Below, piece after piece: positions 1-11,558 of a stretch of DNA of 40,672 nucleotides; within the stretch, counting starts at the first letter, position 1, and the number at the start of each line of letters is the position of its first letter. The stretch lies in the NCBI RefSeq assembly GCF_001194135.2, contig NC_068994.1, positions 25,689,378 through 25,730,049 of the forward strand, written 5' to 3'. Both the position numbers and the translations under genes were made by a program. Under the pieces are notes generated by a model that was not told the origin of the DNA, did no database searches, and was given only the letters and a program-made list of their open reading frames with translations. Origin of the DNA: Octopus bimaculoides (Eukaryota).

Positions 1-152
1 ATTAGGAAGGGCATCCAGCTGTAGAAACTCTACCAAATTTAGATTGGAGCCTGGTGTTGCCATCCGGTTTCACCAGTCCTCAGTCAAATCGTCCAACCCA
101 TGCTAGCATGGAAAGCGGACGTTAAACGATGATGATGATGATGATGATGATG
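1..152 (+). mobile_element. 3' half of a SINE with RTE-like tail and (GAT)n end
   Basis: GGAAGGGCATCCAGCTGTAGAAAC...GTCCAACCCATGCTAGCATGGAAAGCGGACGTTAAAC followed by (GAT)n. Degraded versions of this tail recur at ~7280, ~8060 (-) and ~17540. Confidence 0.75.
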
Positions 153-311
153 ATTAATAGAACAATTAGAAAGTAAAGTCATTTTGTCGTAGAGAATTAC
201 AACTTAAAATTTACACTAACTAATCTTTCATTCTAACTACTAGAGTTCACAACAATTCAATATTGTCGGATTTGAGTATTGAATGTGGCATAAATATTAG
301 CCGATACTCAA

Positions 312-399
312 GAGGGTGAATGTTGTGGATTTGAGTGACAGTCCAACGATCACTTGAGAGTGAGTGTTGTGGATTTGAGTGGCAGTCCAACGATCACTG
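312..399. repeat. Tandem duplication, 2 x 44 bp
   Basis: GAGGGTGAATGTTGTGGATTTGAGTGACAGTCCAACGATCACTT (312-355) and GAGAGTGAGTGTTGTGGATTTGAGTGGCAGTCCAACGATCACTG (356-399). A partial copy, TGTCGGATTTGAGT, lies near 264. Confidence 0.9.
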
Positions 400-904
400 G
401 AGAGTTTCCCGAAAAATCAGGGTTTTTATAACTGCACATACACAAATTCTAGAACCGTACTTTGTGAAAGATTTCTTAAATGAAAGTTCAGAATTCATGT
501 ATGGGCAGTAATTTTTAACAATGAGAAATCAATAATTTCTCCTGTTCGGGCAAACGAACCTATGTTCTCTCTCAGCCTCTTATGAGTTTGCTACAATACC
601 AATATTGAATCATCATCATCCAGTACAAATAAAATTTAAGCCCAAATTTATTTCAGAAGTCCCGTTCTGCAAAACTTACAATAAGCTTTTCATTTCAACA
701 TTCTGTTTGCAGTTTAATGGTACCATTTGAGTATTCTTTTTGTAAAAATTGCTACAAATGACTTCAACCATCCTATCACAACATTCTTCTTTCAAAATTA
801 CCGAAGAGATGCATTGAATTTCTTTCGCTTACAAAGATTAATATATACATCAGAGTTTGTAATTTTCTTCCTTCCTGTATGGGCAGGCCTGTTTTATTAC
901 TTTA

Positions 905-1156
905 TAGAAAATAAGGGTAGAGGAACATTGCAAAGCAGTGACACGAGGAGGTATTGATAAATCGGGTATAGCTGATCATGTATGGAAAAATGGAGACCAC
1001 CTCCCCCTGTGGGATGAAGTTGAAATAATAGACAAAAACTAAAAGAAGCAGCACATATGCTAGGACACAGCAACCTCCTAAGCAGACCAAGTGCAGATAT
1101 GAACAGCATTTGGGAACTGGTATTAAGGAAGGATAGGAAAATATTAAATTTATAAG
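905..1156 (+). pseudogene. Penelope-like element GIY-YIG endonuclease, C-terminal fragment
   Basis: Translates as IRVEEHCKAVTRGGIDKSGIADHVWKNGDHLPLWDEVEIIDK, then after a frameshift LKEAAHMLGHSNLLSRPSADMNSIWELVLR. This fits the PLE R..EH / S.IA.H / KE..H / N.R..G pattern. Confidence 0.85.
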
Positions 1157-1184
1157 CCCTAAAATTCACACCATAATTGCTCAC

Positions 1185-1270
1185 GGGGATATGGCGTAGT
1201 GGTTAAGAGCATGGGCTACTAACCCCAAGATTCCGAGTTCGATTTCAGGCAGTGACCTGAATAATAATGA
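1185..1270 (+). promoter_or_regulatory. tRNA-derived Pol III promoter head (A and B boxes) with short (AAT)n run
   Basis: A box TGGCGTAGTGG near 1192 and B box GAGTTCGATTT at 1235-1245. There is a partial anticodon arm but no acceptor stem. Confidence 0.75.
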
Positions 1271-1313
1271 TAAATACCTTAAGAATTAGAACCCGGGTTC
1301 GAAATTTCCTCAA

Positions 1314-1384
1314 GACACCTGATGAAGGTTTGTTGTTAACACAACGTTTTGGCTATCAGCTAAAACGTTGTGTTAACAACAAAC
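1314..1384 (+). ncRNA. Degenerate minimal type I hammerhead ribozyme with an inserted inverted duplication
   Basis: Stem I GACAC(1314-18)/GTGTT(1370-74); core CTGATGA (1319-25); GAAA mutated to AAAA; then C-GTT. A 27-bp inverted repeat spans 1328-1354 / 1358-1384. Confidence 0.65.
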
Positions 1385-1539
1385 TAGATGAGGACAAATA
1401 TCCACAAAATGTAAATAAAGGACATTTAGAGGGCAAAAGTGGATTCTTGACAAATTTTCAGTCAAAAAAAAACAGGTACCCATACTCTGCATGTCCACTT
1501 TTTGTAAGAATGCCCAAATCATTTGCAAAAGTCTATGAA

Positions 1540-3283
1540 AAGCCTTTTGCCCACTGTGCATGGATGTATTGTAAGAGTGCTGTAATACTGCAATAGTCCT
1601 GGATGCATCTATACAACTAGCCTACAACTCCACTAATAGCAAGGTTCTAGCAAAGCTCAGAGAGATGCAGATTCCTGGTTCAGCAACAAGATGGATGAGA
1701 TACGGAGGTATGCTGACAGTTAGAACTCCAAGCACTTCTACAATGCTCTAAAAACCATCTATGGGCTACTGTCCTCCAGAACATCACCACTGCTCAGTGC
1801 TGATGGGATCACTCTCCTCATTGACAAAAATGCAATCCTGAAAAGTTGGGCAGAGCATTTCAGCAACATCCTGAACAAACCTCCCTGAGGCCATTGCTCG
1901 TGTGCCCCAAGTTGATATCAACATATCTCTGGCAGAGATGGTCTTTACATCCACACAAGCCATCAGTCATGAGGAGCTTTGGAAGATCATGGGAAAGTTT
2001 GACTGCCTGGACAAATTCATCAGCATGGTGTGTCAGTTTTTACAACCACATGGTCACTTAAGTGATGGACAATGGAGGCTCTTCTGATGCATTCCCAGTC
2101 ACTAACGGACTCAAACAGAGCTGTTGCTTGCACCTCTGCTGTTCAGCATGATGTTCTCAGCCATGTTGTTGGATGCTTTCTGCAATATTGACAAAACCAA
2201 CATTAACGCCAGATTTAGGACTGATGGCAGACACTTCAACCTACTGAGACTACCGGCCAAGACTTAAGGTGAAAGAGGACTTAGTGTGTGACTTACTGTT
2301 AGCAGATAACTGTGCACTCAATGCTGTCACAGTCATTCAAATGCAGCAGAGCATGAACTGCTTATCCACTGCCTGCAACAATTTTAGCCTCACAATCAGA
2401 AGACAGAGGTCATGCACCAACCTGCCCTGCAAAAGCAGTATCTGGAACCAACTGTCACTGTCAAAGGGGAAACCCTGAATGTTGTTGATAAGTTTACACA
2501 CTCCAGTAGCATACTCTCCAAATCTGTGAACATTGATGATGAAGTTGATGCATTGCAAAGAGAAGCTCAGCATTCGGGCAGCTATGTGAATCAGCGTGGT
2601 AGAGGAGAGGCATTAAATGGCCACTAATTTAAAGGTGTACCAACCTTTAGTTTTAGTGCCTACACTACTGTATGCCTGTGAGACATGGACAGTTTATGAA
2701 CGCATCACCAAATGGTTAAATCTCTTTCACATGAACTGCCTGAGAAAACTGTTGAAAATCACCTGGAAAGACAAGGTTCAAGACACTGAGGTCCTCTCCT
2801 GAGCTGATCTGACAAGTATTTACCCAATACATTGCTGAGGTAAGTGTTGGTCAGGTGGGCAAGCCACCTTGTTCAAATGCCTGACACATGACTCCCCCAA
2901 AGACTGTTTTACAGTGAACTGGCAGAAGGAAAGTGCACTCAAGGCGGATAGAAAAAGTACTTCAAAGATACACTTAAAGCCTTGTCAAAGTGCTTTGAGA
3001 TCAGCCCCAACACTTGGGAAATGCAAGCACAAGACTGCCCTGCGTGGTGAAGCTGCACCAACAGAAGTGTCACTTCTTATGAACAGAACAAGATTGCTGG
3101 AGCACAAAGAAAATGTGAGCTGTGTAAGTCCATAGCCAACTTCTGGTGTTCAGTCCCAGCAAACCACCAGTGCCTGACCTGCATCCGAACATGCATCAGG
3201 CTGATCAGCCACAACCAGACACACAATGACCTGTCTCCCATGTGATGTTCTTGGTCATCATTGATGGATGAACATTATTATTA
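1540..3283 (+). mobile_element. RTE (BovB-like) LINE, 5'-truncated, internally deleted, degenerate
   Basis: KLREM..WFSNKMDEI..YAD; LLSADGITLLIDKNAILKSWAEHF; PVTNGLKQ; DLLLADNCAL (YADD position); TLLYACETWTVY; C-terminal C..C...LISH..TH. Ends in an (ATT) tail. RT domains 0-2 are missing near 1940. Confidence 0.92.
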
Positions 3284-5089
3284 TATATATATATATGTTC
3301 TTGTCGATGTGTGCATGTGTCTGTGCACTTGTACTTGTAAGTTTATGCTGACTGTGTATATGTATGCATGAGTTGGTTTGTATATAGTTTTATGCCCTTT
3401 GTAGTGGATGTGTATCTATGTCATGGGTCAGGGAACTTTTTAACCAATTACCCCAAAATATATTTATTAATGTTGACATTACCTCCTTAATTTGAAAGGA
3501 AGAAAATCATAAATTCTTTGAATTCAAAAGATTTATTGAATCTATTTGTTTGGACACCATGGAGAATTTGTTTCCTCATTGCTTGCAGATCAATTAAAAA
3601 CGAGAAATTGTCAGCAATGCTCCTATACACAATAGCTCTTCTGTCTTAATTTGAGTGAAGAGCATCAATTATAAGGATAAATGAATGTATCCTAAAATTA
3701 TCTCTTGGAGAAATTTCATCGAAAGCCTCAGTTGTCCTGCCATCATTGTGTTGTTGTTTTCATACTCTATGCCTTCTTTGGAGAGTTTGGTACTCTACAT
3801 CAGGTAGAGTAGTTTTTGCTTGCTCCTTAATGCACTTTGAAGGACATTACTTACTTTGTGAAACTGATCAAGCAAACCTGTCCATGAACACAAATTCTTC
3901 CATTTTCAGCAAAAGATTTTGAACTTTTCATCTCGTATCATCCTTTTCAGTGTCATCATCATGAATGTGACAGTGCTTCAAGAATGTGAGCATAACTTTC
4001 ACTGATGGCTGTTGTAGCTTGGTTGTAGTTATCTGACATAAGATGACTTCCAATCTTGTGCCAGATAACTGTTGCAGAGCTTTTGGCTCTGGTGACAAGA
4101 AGCTTTTCAACACTGCCCACCCTCTTGTAGTGGCTGAGAAAAAGCAAAAAAGTTCATTGACAACACCAAAGAAATTCACTGCATCCAGGCAAGAATCAAC
4201 TGTAGCTCTTCCAATCAGTACAGGGAATCGACTGATACTCTAAAATACCCTGCTTCTTTGATTTCTTGCACTATTTTGTCAAGAACTTTTTTATCCATTA
4301 GCTGGATAACTTCTTCACATATAGTTTTAGATAGGTATGATGAATGGCCAGATCCTTTATTTCCATACTAATTTATGTGGGTACATAAGAATGGATCAAA
4401 TTTGGCAAATCAATTCCAGCAAACTGCTGAAGTACATGCTTCCAGTAATCCTGTTCTGCTTTGATTTGCTCATCAAGATTTATTGTAAACATCTGACCAT
4501 AATTTCTTGTTAAGTAGGTCAACAAAGAGTCCATATGACTTTTTGAATTTTCATGGGTCTTAATAATTTGAGGATGCGACCAGTTACCAAATCCTGAAGA
4601 AGCTAGAGCTGTAGTTGAAGAAACATTCTCAGAGAATTTTGAGAAAAGTTTGCACACAAAGCAGTAGATTTTTCCTTTTGTTGAGGAATATACTAGCCAT
4701 TCCTGAGGGTAGGTTTCTCCATTTATTTTAGTGGAGAAGAATAAACTTCTTGAGCATGAATGAGTTTGGTTTTTGTAGGTTTGCTTTGAAGTTGTGAAAG
4801 GTCCATCCCAGTGTTGACATTGCAAAGGACCTTTCTAAATTCAGTATGAAATTTCTTCATTGCTCAATGTGGTCCATAAACCTACATCATTTTTGACAAT
4901 GAAATCAATACTTGGAGTTACTTACAAATATTCCTGGGTGTCACTGTTCCTGGGTGCCAAATAATGCATCTGAATCTTCTGTATTTGCTGTTGAACTTGT
5001 TTGTTCCAGGTAAGCAAAATCAAATGATGTGATTGGCTTTAGATGTTTGATTATATCTTTTTGTTCTTTTCAATGTTTTCTTTTACTTG

Positions 5090-5420
5090 CACCACTCTCA
5101 TGACACCTACTCATTATTACAATCAAAGAACTGGAGAAGAATATCAGTTGGTTAGATTCAATTCTAGGAACTTTAATAATACAAATTTAAAATCAATATG
5201 TAATAAATTAACAAAAGAAATCAGTTATATAATATCAAAAATTAAAACTGAAAGTTGGAAAAAAGTTTGGAACTAGACTAAACTTATAAAAAATACTAAA
5301 AAAAACTGATATACACAAACACTCCTATACAACATAACAAACATACTGCATATGCTTCACAGCAAAAAGCCAACTTAAGGTGTGTTCACATTATAGGATT
5401 TTTTTACATTGCAAATACTA
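5090..5420 (+). mobile_element. Possible Jockey/I-group LINE linker fragment nested in the hAT
   Basis: NLKSICNKLTKEISYIISKIKTESWKK resembles the APE-RT linker (N.L...I...I...K...W) of these LINEs. Confidence 0.4.
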
Positions 5421-5570
5421 AATACTAAATAAATGATGAATACTAAACTGTGAAGATATAAAAACTTTCTTACCGTTATCCTAAAAAACTGACAAACTTA
5501 GAGATCAGTCTTCTGAAAATATGGAGTCAACTTGTTGCTAAGAACAGAATGATTTCTTGTGTAAAATCTC

Positions 5571-5579
5571 TTTCTCTCT

Positions 5580-5662
<83 letters not shown>

Positions 5663-5770
5663 ATGTATACATATACATACATGTGTATGTGTGTGTGCAT
5701 AGATAGCTAGACAGACAAATAGATAAGCATATGTACATATGTATGCATGCACACACATGTATATATATAT
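5571..5770. repeat. Compound microsatellite (CT)n(AT)n(AC)n
   Basis: Read directly from the sequence. Confidence 0.95.
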
Positions 5771-6724
5771 AAGTATATTTATTGTACTAGGATCTTCAAT
5801 AAATATTCTGGGGGGGGGGCAGTGAACTGTGCACTTCAATAAAAATGCCAAATATGTGTGGGACACACACACTGTGGTTACTTTGGGTAGCAGTGATCAA
5901 CTGCCTACTCTGTTCTTTCATACTAATGCCAAGAATATGTGTGTATATATTCTTTTAATTTTGTTGCTGCTGTTCTTGGCATCATTTTTGTTGTTGTTGT
6001 TGACATTGCTTTTTCTCAGTATTATTTCTTTCATCTTTGTACGGAATTTCTTTGGGAATTTTATGACTAGCTTCATAGATATATGTTTTGGGTTTTTTTA
6101 CATTATTTTTTCTTCTTATTTTGAAAAGTAAAGTAGTAAAAGTAGTAAGGACAGGATTTCTAGGAACATTTTTCACAGTATTTTACGAAAAGCATTTGAA
6201 CATTTAACATTTGAAAAATTCATTGTAGAAAATTTTCTGGTTGCTGGGCCCTGTGCATAAGCACACCTAATGAGTTCTCATTAACACCTAAGAGTTTCAT
6301 TTTTACTTCACTTGGGATAATTTATCCCAGTTCGCCACTGCCCCTAATTTAAACCCTACTGACCTTTCTTCTATCAGTTTCCTGGTCTTCCTTTGACAAT
6401 TTTATTAGCTTTTTTTCTTTTGGTCTCTTTCTCCACTCTCTCTTTCTCTCACATATTGGTTTTGAAAGAGGCATAATGTTTTTGTTTTTTTTTGCTTCTT
6501 TGATGTGGTGCTTTGTCTATTTATGTGACCTATGATCATTTGCATAACAGGAAACAGTGTGCATATCTGGAGCTTTATCATATATTGTTGTATTTCTGGC
6601 AGGACACTTATGAGTTAAAATGTATGATCACATAATGATTCTACTAGTTATTTTGGCATTTTAAGTATCACACCTGTTTTCTGCTTATTATTTATATGTG
6701 TGTGTACATGTACAACAAAGTTCC

Positions 6725-6890
6725 AGTGTATTGAGAGAAAAGTAAGGCATAAGAAGAATTAAATGTAGTGCACAAGAGAGAAGACTGTACTGGTTTGGTC
6801 ATGTGATATGTATGGTCAAGGACAGTTGCACGAAGTGACAATCAGTTAGAGTGGATGGTATTAGTGGAAGAAAGAGACCAAAGAATTCTA
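6725..6890 (+). mobile_element. RTE LINE 3' fragment
   Basis: VLREK*GIRRIKCSAQERRLYWFGHVI...VDGISGRKRPK matches the RTE RL.WFGHV and GR.RP motifs. Confidence 0.75.
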
Positions 6891-8054
6891 GATTTTACCC
6901 ATTTACATTGCGAACTAGAAACCTCAATGTAGTGGCTCAAATTGTTAGGAATAGCAGTCAATTCTCTCTCAATGTTAGCACTTTAAATAAAGGGGGATAC
7001 ATTAGACAATGTAGTTCCTAATATGCATATTAATGTAATCACAAATATTTTAACACTTCCACTCACCATCAGAAATTACTTCACAGCTTCAGTAATTACA
7101 GATTTATTGGTCAGTGAGATCTGTAATTAAATATTCTAAGATTTGAGTGAAATGCTTCACATACACATACACACATATATATACAGGATAAGGTTTAGTT
7201 TGTTCAAGTACCTTAGATGTGAGACCCTAAAATGTGAGAGGAATACATGAATATTGTTTTGTAGAATAGTCCAACCCATGTTTATATGGGAAGTCATTAA
7301 ATTTGATAATGATAGTAGGGTGGAGGTATTGATCAGTGGTTACATGTATGCACAGATATACAGGAAAATGATTTTTAAAAAAAACTAATTCCTACTTCAG
7401 TGTTAACAATTTCAAGAAAACATAGTTGGGGAAGCTGAAGAATATTGGATGTGGTAAAGGGAAAAGGAATAAGTCGACACCATGGTGGTTAACTGTCATT
7501 TGGACAGGCAACAATCTAATCTTCTAGTTTATTTTCTAATTAGAGAGGGCTGGAGATAATAATCCTATCACAAACACACTGAACTTTCTATTGTCAACAT
7601 ACTTCCCACTACTTAAATCCCTACTCAGACACATTCTTATATGCATCACTACTTAGAGACCATGACTAAAATAATCTTTAAGATAAGATAGATAGAGCAA
7701 TTTCAGATCAAGAGGATAATACCAGCGCCATTTCCACTCCTACCCCTCTTAACAACAACTACAATCATTCACCAGCACTTCTACCACCATCACCACTTCT
7801 ACAAACAGTTAAATGTAGTGGTAGTAATAGAGAGGTCAACAGTGGCTACTAATTAATCATGAGAACAGTTTAATTAGGGGAGTTGGGAAGGGGAAAGAGA
7901 TGAGACTTGATGCCCTTTAGCTCATCCTGTAGGTCAGGTCAATGAAGTTGACCCCATCTTCCTTGAAATATGTCTTAGGGAAAATAGTTTCTCTTCCTAA
8001 GAATACACCTACTCCCTCCTTCCCCTCAACCTATTTCTCTACTTTTATCTTCAC

Positions 8055-8200
8055 CATTTTAAAATCCAGTTTTTCATGCTTGCATGGATCAGATAGAATT
8101 TTTTGAAGCAGATATTCTATGGCAAACTTCACCTGTTTCCAAGCAAGGTAATATTTCCCATGACCAGATAGGTTTTCTCAGAAGATGAGAAATGAAGGGA
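8055..8200 (-). mobile_element. SINE 3' fragment (RTE-like tail)
   Basis: TTTTCATGCTTGCATGGATCAGA is the reverse complement of the tail type seen at 90-125. Confidence 0.55.
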
Positions 8201-8544
8201 ACCTCCTCTATGACTGTGTCACTTGTTTACTACTGTTGCACATTGTCACAATTGTTTTTCTTTTAGTTTAGCTGTCCTTCAATCTCTTTTTTTTTCTCTC
8301 TCTCTCTCTATTATGCATACATAAATGGAGCATAAAAGTGTGTGTGTATTATTACTATTTTACTCTCCTCACCCCTTTCTGTACTTTAAGTCAACACCAA
8401 CCTTCCCTTACTTTCTCCAAACTCATATGTATCATCTGTCTCCCCTCCATCTTTGTTGTTCACCATTCACTACATCCACCCTTCAACATTACCTGATCTC
8501 TAGTCATCACCTACTCATCCCTACCTTCCTTCCAATATATTTAT

Positions 8545-8668
8545 CATTTACCACCCTCAGGCAGAATTTAAACTTGCAATGTAAAGAGTCAGGGGAGGCT
8601 AGTTGGTTATACTGACTCCAGTGCTCAACTGGTACTTATTTCATTGACTCAGAAAGGATGAAAGGCAA
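8545..8668 (-). mobile_element. tRNA-derived SINE, conserved central domain fragment
   Basis: CTGGTACTTATTTCATTGACTCAGAAAGGATGAAAGGCAAA is the reverse complement of the TTTGCCTTTCAT...ATAAGTACCAG domain in the fuller copy at 24728-24946. Confidence 0.7.
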
Positions 8669-8671
8669 AAA

Positions 8672-9870
8672 TATGCAAGTTTCTCACAATTCACTACATG
8701 CATCACCTAAAGGTAGTTGTAGACAGACTATAGCATCTCACAAAAGGATGGTGGATATAGACAGGCACAGCTACAACTGTCTCTAAAGACAGTGACTATG
8801 GTGTTAGGCACCTGTCTAAAGAATACTTATGACTGGATGCTTGAACTTGCTTGAAAGCATGAAAGTACCAAGAAATTTCACTCAATATCAGATGAAGCAA
8901 AGAAATGTGTTAAGGAATCAAAGATGGCCAAAGATAAAACACGAACTCATGGTGAAAGCAAAACAAATAAAAAGTACAAGCCAAATCAAATGGAATCTTG
9001 GAGCTGCATAATAGACAAAAGAGTAAGGCATTACATAGTAACCACCCTTCAAGAACTTATGATCCTGATGTTCATGCAAATATGACCCATCAGTGGCTGT
9101 CTACATCTGAACTTAAATCAGACACAGAGGGCTCCCACTTTTGTAGTACAACAAGAGAAACAATGGACCATCTCATCTCTTGCTACTCTATCTTAGCTTC
9201 ACTTGAGTATATTTATTACCATGATAGACTTAGTCAGTATTTGCATTAGATCTTATGCTGTCAGTCTGGACTGCCATGTGAGAATTTGTGGGAACATAAT
9301 CCTGCCAAAATAGTAGAAAATAAGGCATCTTTGGAACTTTAGTCTTCAAATTCGTAAAGCTATTCAATGTGGGGAAAAAATCACATTAGCAAAACATGTT
9401 TGCTCATAGATATGTGAATCCCAGCAAATTGCAACATCTCTGGCGAAGCATTTGAAAAGTTAAGTACATACAAGGACCTTGAAACAGGTTTCTAAGAATG
9501 ACAACTGAGAGCTTTGGGGGATAATACTAAATGGTGTTCTTAAAATACCAGGGAACAAAAGTATCAGAACTACAAAGACTGATCTTGTGGGTACAGCCTA
9601 CATCTTAAGAAAAGCATTTTCAATTCGAACATATTTGAATTTATTAAAATCTTTCAAAATTGTAAATCTTAAACTTGGAAGAAAATCTTGATTCTCAGTA
9701 TTTAGTTTCTTTTTCTTGAAATATACATTCTCATTAATAATTCCTGCAGTAAAGCATCTAACTTGCTGTTTCTTGAGGTCTGTGGGTGAGCAGCTCATTT
9801 AAAACAAAGCAACAACAACAACAATAATAATAAAAATAATAATGATAATAATAATAATAATAATAATAAT
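8672..9870 (+). mobile_element. R4/Dong-like RLE non-LTR retrotransposon 3' fragment with (AAC)/(AAT)n tail
   Basis: KFLTIHYMHHLK.VVDRL; KALH...THQWLSTSELKSDTEG; ETMDHLISC...HDRLSQYLH; LIDM.IP..NIS..FEKLSTYKDLE; LVGTAYILRKAFSI. Confidence 0.85.
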
Positions 9871-9881
9871 TATTATTATTA

Positions 9882-10700
9882 TATGCACTGATGCAGTATC
9901 AGGTACTGGCTCACATGGCTTATGATCTTAACTGATTGAAAGTGTTATCATGTACATGTTTTGTCATGGTATAAAAGATGGGCTACAGCAAATATTCTGC
10001 TCAATACCTCAGGCTTGCTTGTCAGTTGTTTGACCGTAACCAGTTGAGTATGTCCCTTGGTGGCTGATGATATGTGCATCTCTGATCACAAGCAGAAGTA
10101 ATGGAGAAGCATCATAGTCATCTGTTGTGAGGAATTCTTTGGGGTTTGAATAAGTCACCTCTGGAAACATAGGTATTTTGTTCAACATCCATAAACAACC
10201 CTTTTTCAGGGACCTTTTGAGTGGGATTGGCTACTCAACCTGATAAAAATTCTAACTGGACCCCACCTGCAAAGTCATGCACTGTTTTTCTTGAGATGAG
10301 ATCAACATGTTGTGCATATATGGTTGTGATGCAAGCATGGCTGTGGAGTCAGAGTCAGTAAAACTATACCGACTCCGACTCACAATATCTTTATTCTTTA
10401 ATATAAACCAGTTATAACGTATAGGCCTATTCAGAGTACAAGTGTATGCAAATGCTTTATCAGATATGTAGACCACAATCACTTAATTACATAAAGAGGA
10501 GTCGGAGTCAGAATTGGAGTTGAAGATTTTTGTTTCGACTCCACAGCCCTGGATGCATGTGCCTGGTGTACCCTTATCAGATGGGTAGTCATGGTAGGTA
10601 TACTAGGCTTCATATATTTTACCCTAGTGTTACTGATGGCATGCACTGTTCTCTCACTCAATAATAATAGTAAAAATAATAATTATTATAATAATTGATT
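9882..10700 (+). mobile_element. Non-coding interspersed retro-repeat with (AAT)n tail, interrupted by a MITE
   Basis: No coding similarity seen. It is bounded by ATT/AAT microsatellites and reads continuously once the MITE and one TSD copy are removed. Confidence 0.45.
10336..10551. mobile_element. hAT-type MITE (216 bp) with 8-bp TSD
   Basis: TIRs CATGGCTGTGGAGTC / GACTCCACAGCCCTG. TSD GATGCAAG (10328-35) / GATGCATG (10552-59). Subterminal GGAGTC/GACTCC repeats. Confidence 0.9.
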
Positions 10701-10724
10701 ATTGGTGTTTGGAAGGGTGTTCTA

Positions 10725-10915
10725 GTCAATTACTTCCTCCCCAGTACTCAATCCCAAAATGATGAGAGGTAGTCAATCTCAGTGGAATTTGAACTCAAAA
10801 TGAAGAAGGGTGAAATGTCACTGAGAATTTACTGGCACATGGCCAACAATTTTAAGAGGAGGGTGTTAGTTGCTGTAACCCCAGTGTTCAACTAGTACTT
10901 ATTTTATTGAGTACC
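10725..10915 (-). mobile_element. Degraded tRNA-SINE fragments
   Basis: GGAATTTGAACTCA (B box on minus) and CCCCAGTGTTCAACTAGTACTTATTTTATTGA (central domain). Confidence 0.6.
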
Positions 10916-11157
10916 AGAGGTAATCACTGATTGGCAATCATTTTGTTTGCTGAAAATATAAACAACAGCCAGCCGCTTGGCTAGGCTCAAAGGTCGAGGG
11001 TACTATATATAGTTATTTATGTTTATAGCATCATTGAAACAGTTGAGCTATTAGGAGAGTTTGAAAGAATTCTGTCATTACAAGAGATTTTGTGCTATAC
11101 ATATGGAAGCTTCTAGCAAGTCTGGCACCAAACTTGGCATTGCAATTTATACTTGTC

Positions 11158-11365
11158 CCTATGGTTCAGAGGATTTTTGGGACACTGGTGTTTCAACATG
11201 TGTCTTATCAATCAAGTTGAGCCTAGCCTAGCAGCTGACCTTTGTTTATACTTTCAGTGAACAAAGATGTTTGCTGATCGGTTCTTATGTCTGCCAATCA
11301 GTGTACCTCTGGCTGATCATACACAATGTCAAAACACTGGTGTCCCAGAATCCTCTGCACCTATG
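11158..11365. mobile_element. Fold-back MITE-like element with ~50-bp imperfect TIRs
   Basis: CAGAGGATTTTTGGGACACTGGTGTTTCAACATGTGT vs the reverse complement of ACACAATGTCAAAACACTGGTGTCCCAGAATCCTCTG. An inverted partial copy of its interior lies at 10914-10990. Confidence 0.6.
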
Positions 11366-11507
11366 AGTTGAGTGTACTGAACACACTGCCATCATAAAAG
11401 AGAGACTTTTTCCTTGTATGTATATTACAGTGACTATCATATATGGCATCTGAACCTGCCTAGACACGTTAAAAATAAAATGTAAATGTACATATATGTA
11501 TATATTT

Positions 11508-11510
<3 letters not shown>

Positions 11511-11556
<46 letters not shown>
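11511..11556. repeat. (CA)n microsatellite
   Basis: Read directly from the sequence. Confidence 0.95.

Positions 11557-11558
<2 letters not shown>

Larger units (their letters stand above)
3430..6340 (-). mobile_element. hAT (Tip100/Zaphod-like, ZMYM1-type) DNA transposon remnant
   Basis: Minus-strand TTF zinc finger (WLVYSSTKGKIYCFVCKLF...NW...HENSKSH), then SATTRGWAVLKSFL...LSGTR and DNFRIHSFILIIDAL. The 5' terminus reads CAGTGGCG on minus (6333-6340), with a subterminal palindrome TGGGATAA-T-TTATCCCA (6313-6329). The other TIR was not recognised. Confidence 0.85.

Noticed and set aside
312-399. CRISPR-like repeat
   Set aside because: Only two adjacent units with no unique spacers, no cas genes, and a eukaryotic context.
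1185-1260. tRNA gene
   Set aside because: A and B boxes are present but the 5' GGGGATA has no complementary 3' acceptor strand and the T stem is mispaired. It is a tRNA-derived head.
727-1596. Short ORFs listed by the track (727+, 897-, 902-, 1267+, 1373-)
   Set aside because: Chance or off-frame reads across a PLE remnant, SINE head and hammerhead.
3401-3430. Left TIR of the hAT
   Set aside because: TAGTGGATGTGTATC is too poor a match to CAGTGGCGAACTGGG, and no TSD was found.
3928-3965. Acidic stretch DDDTEKDD as a MAK16 upstream exon
   Set aside because: It is on the minus strand within the hAT transposase remnant, whereas the MAK16-like exon is on plus.
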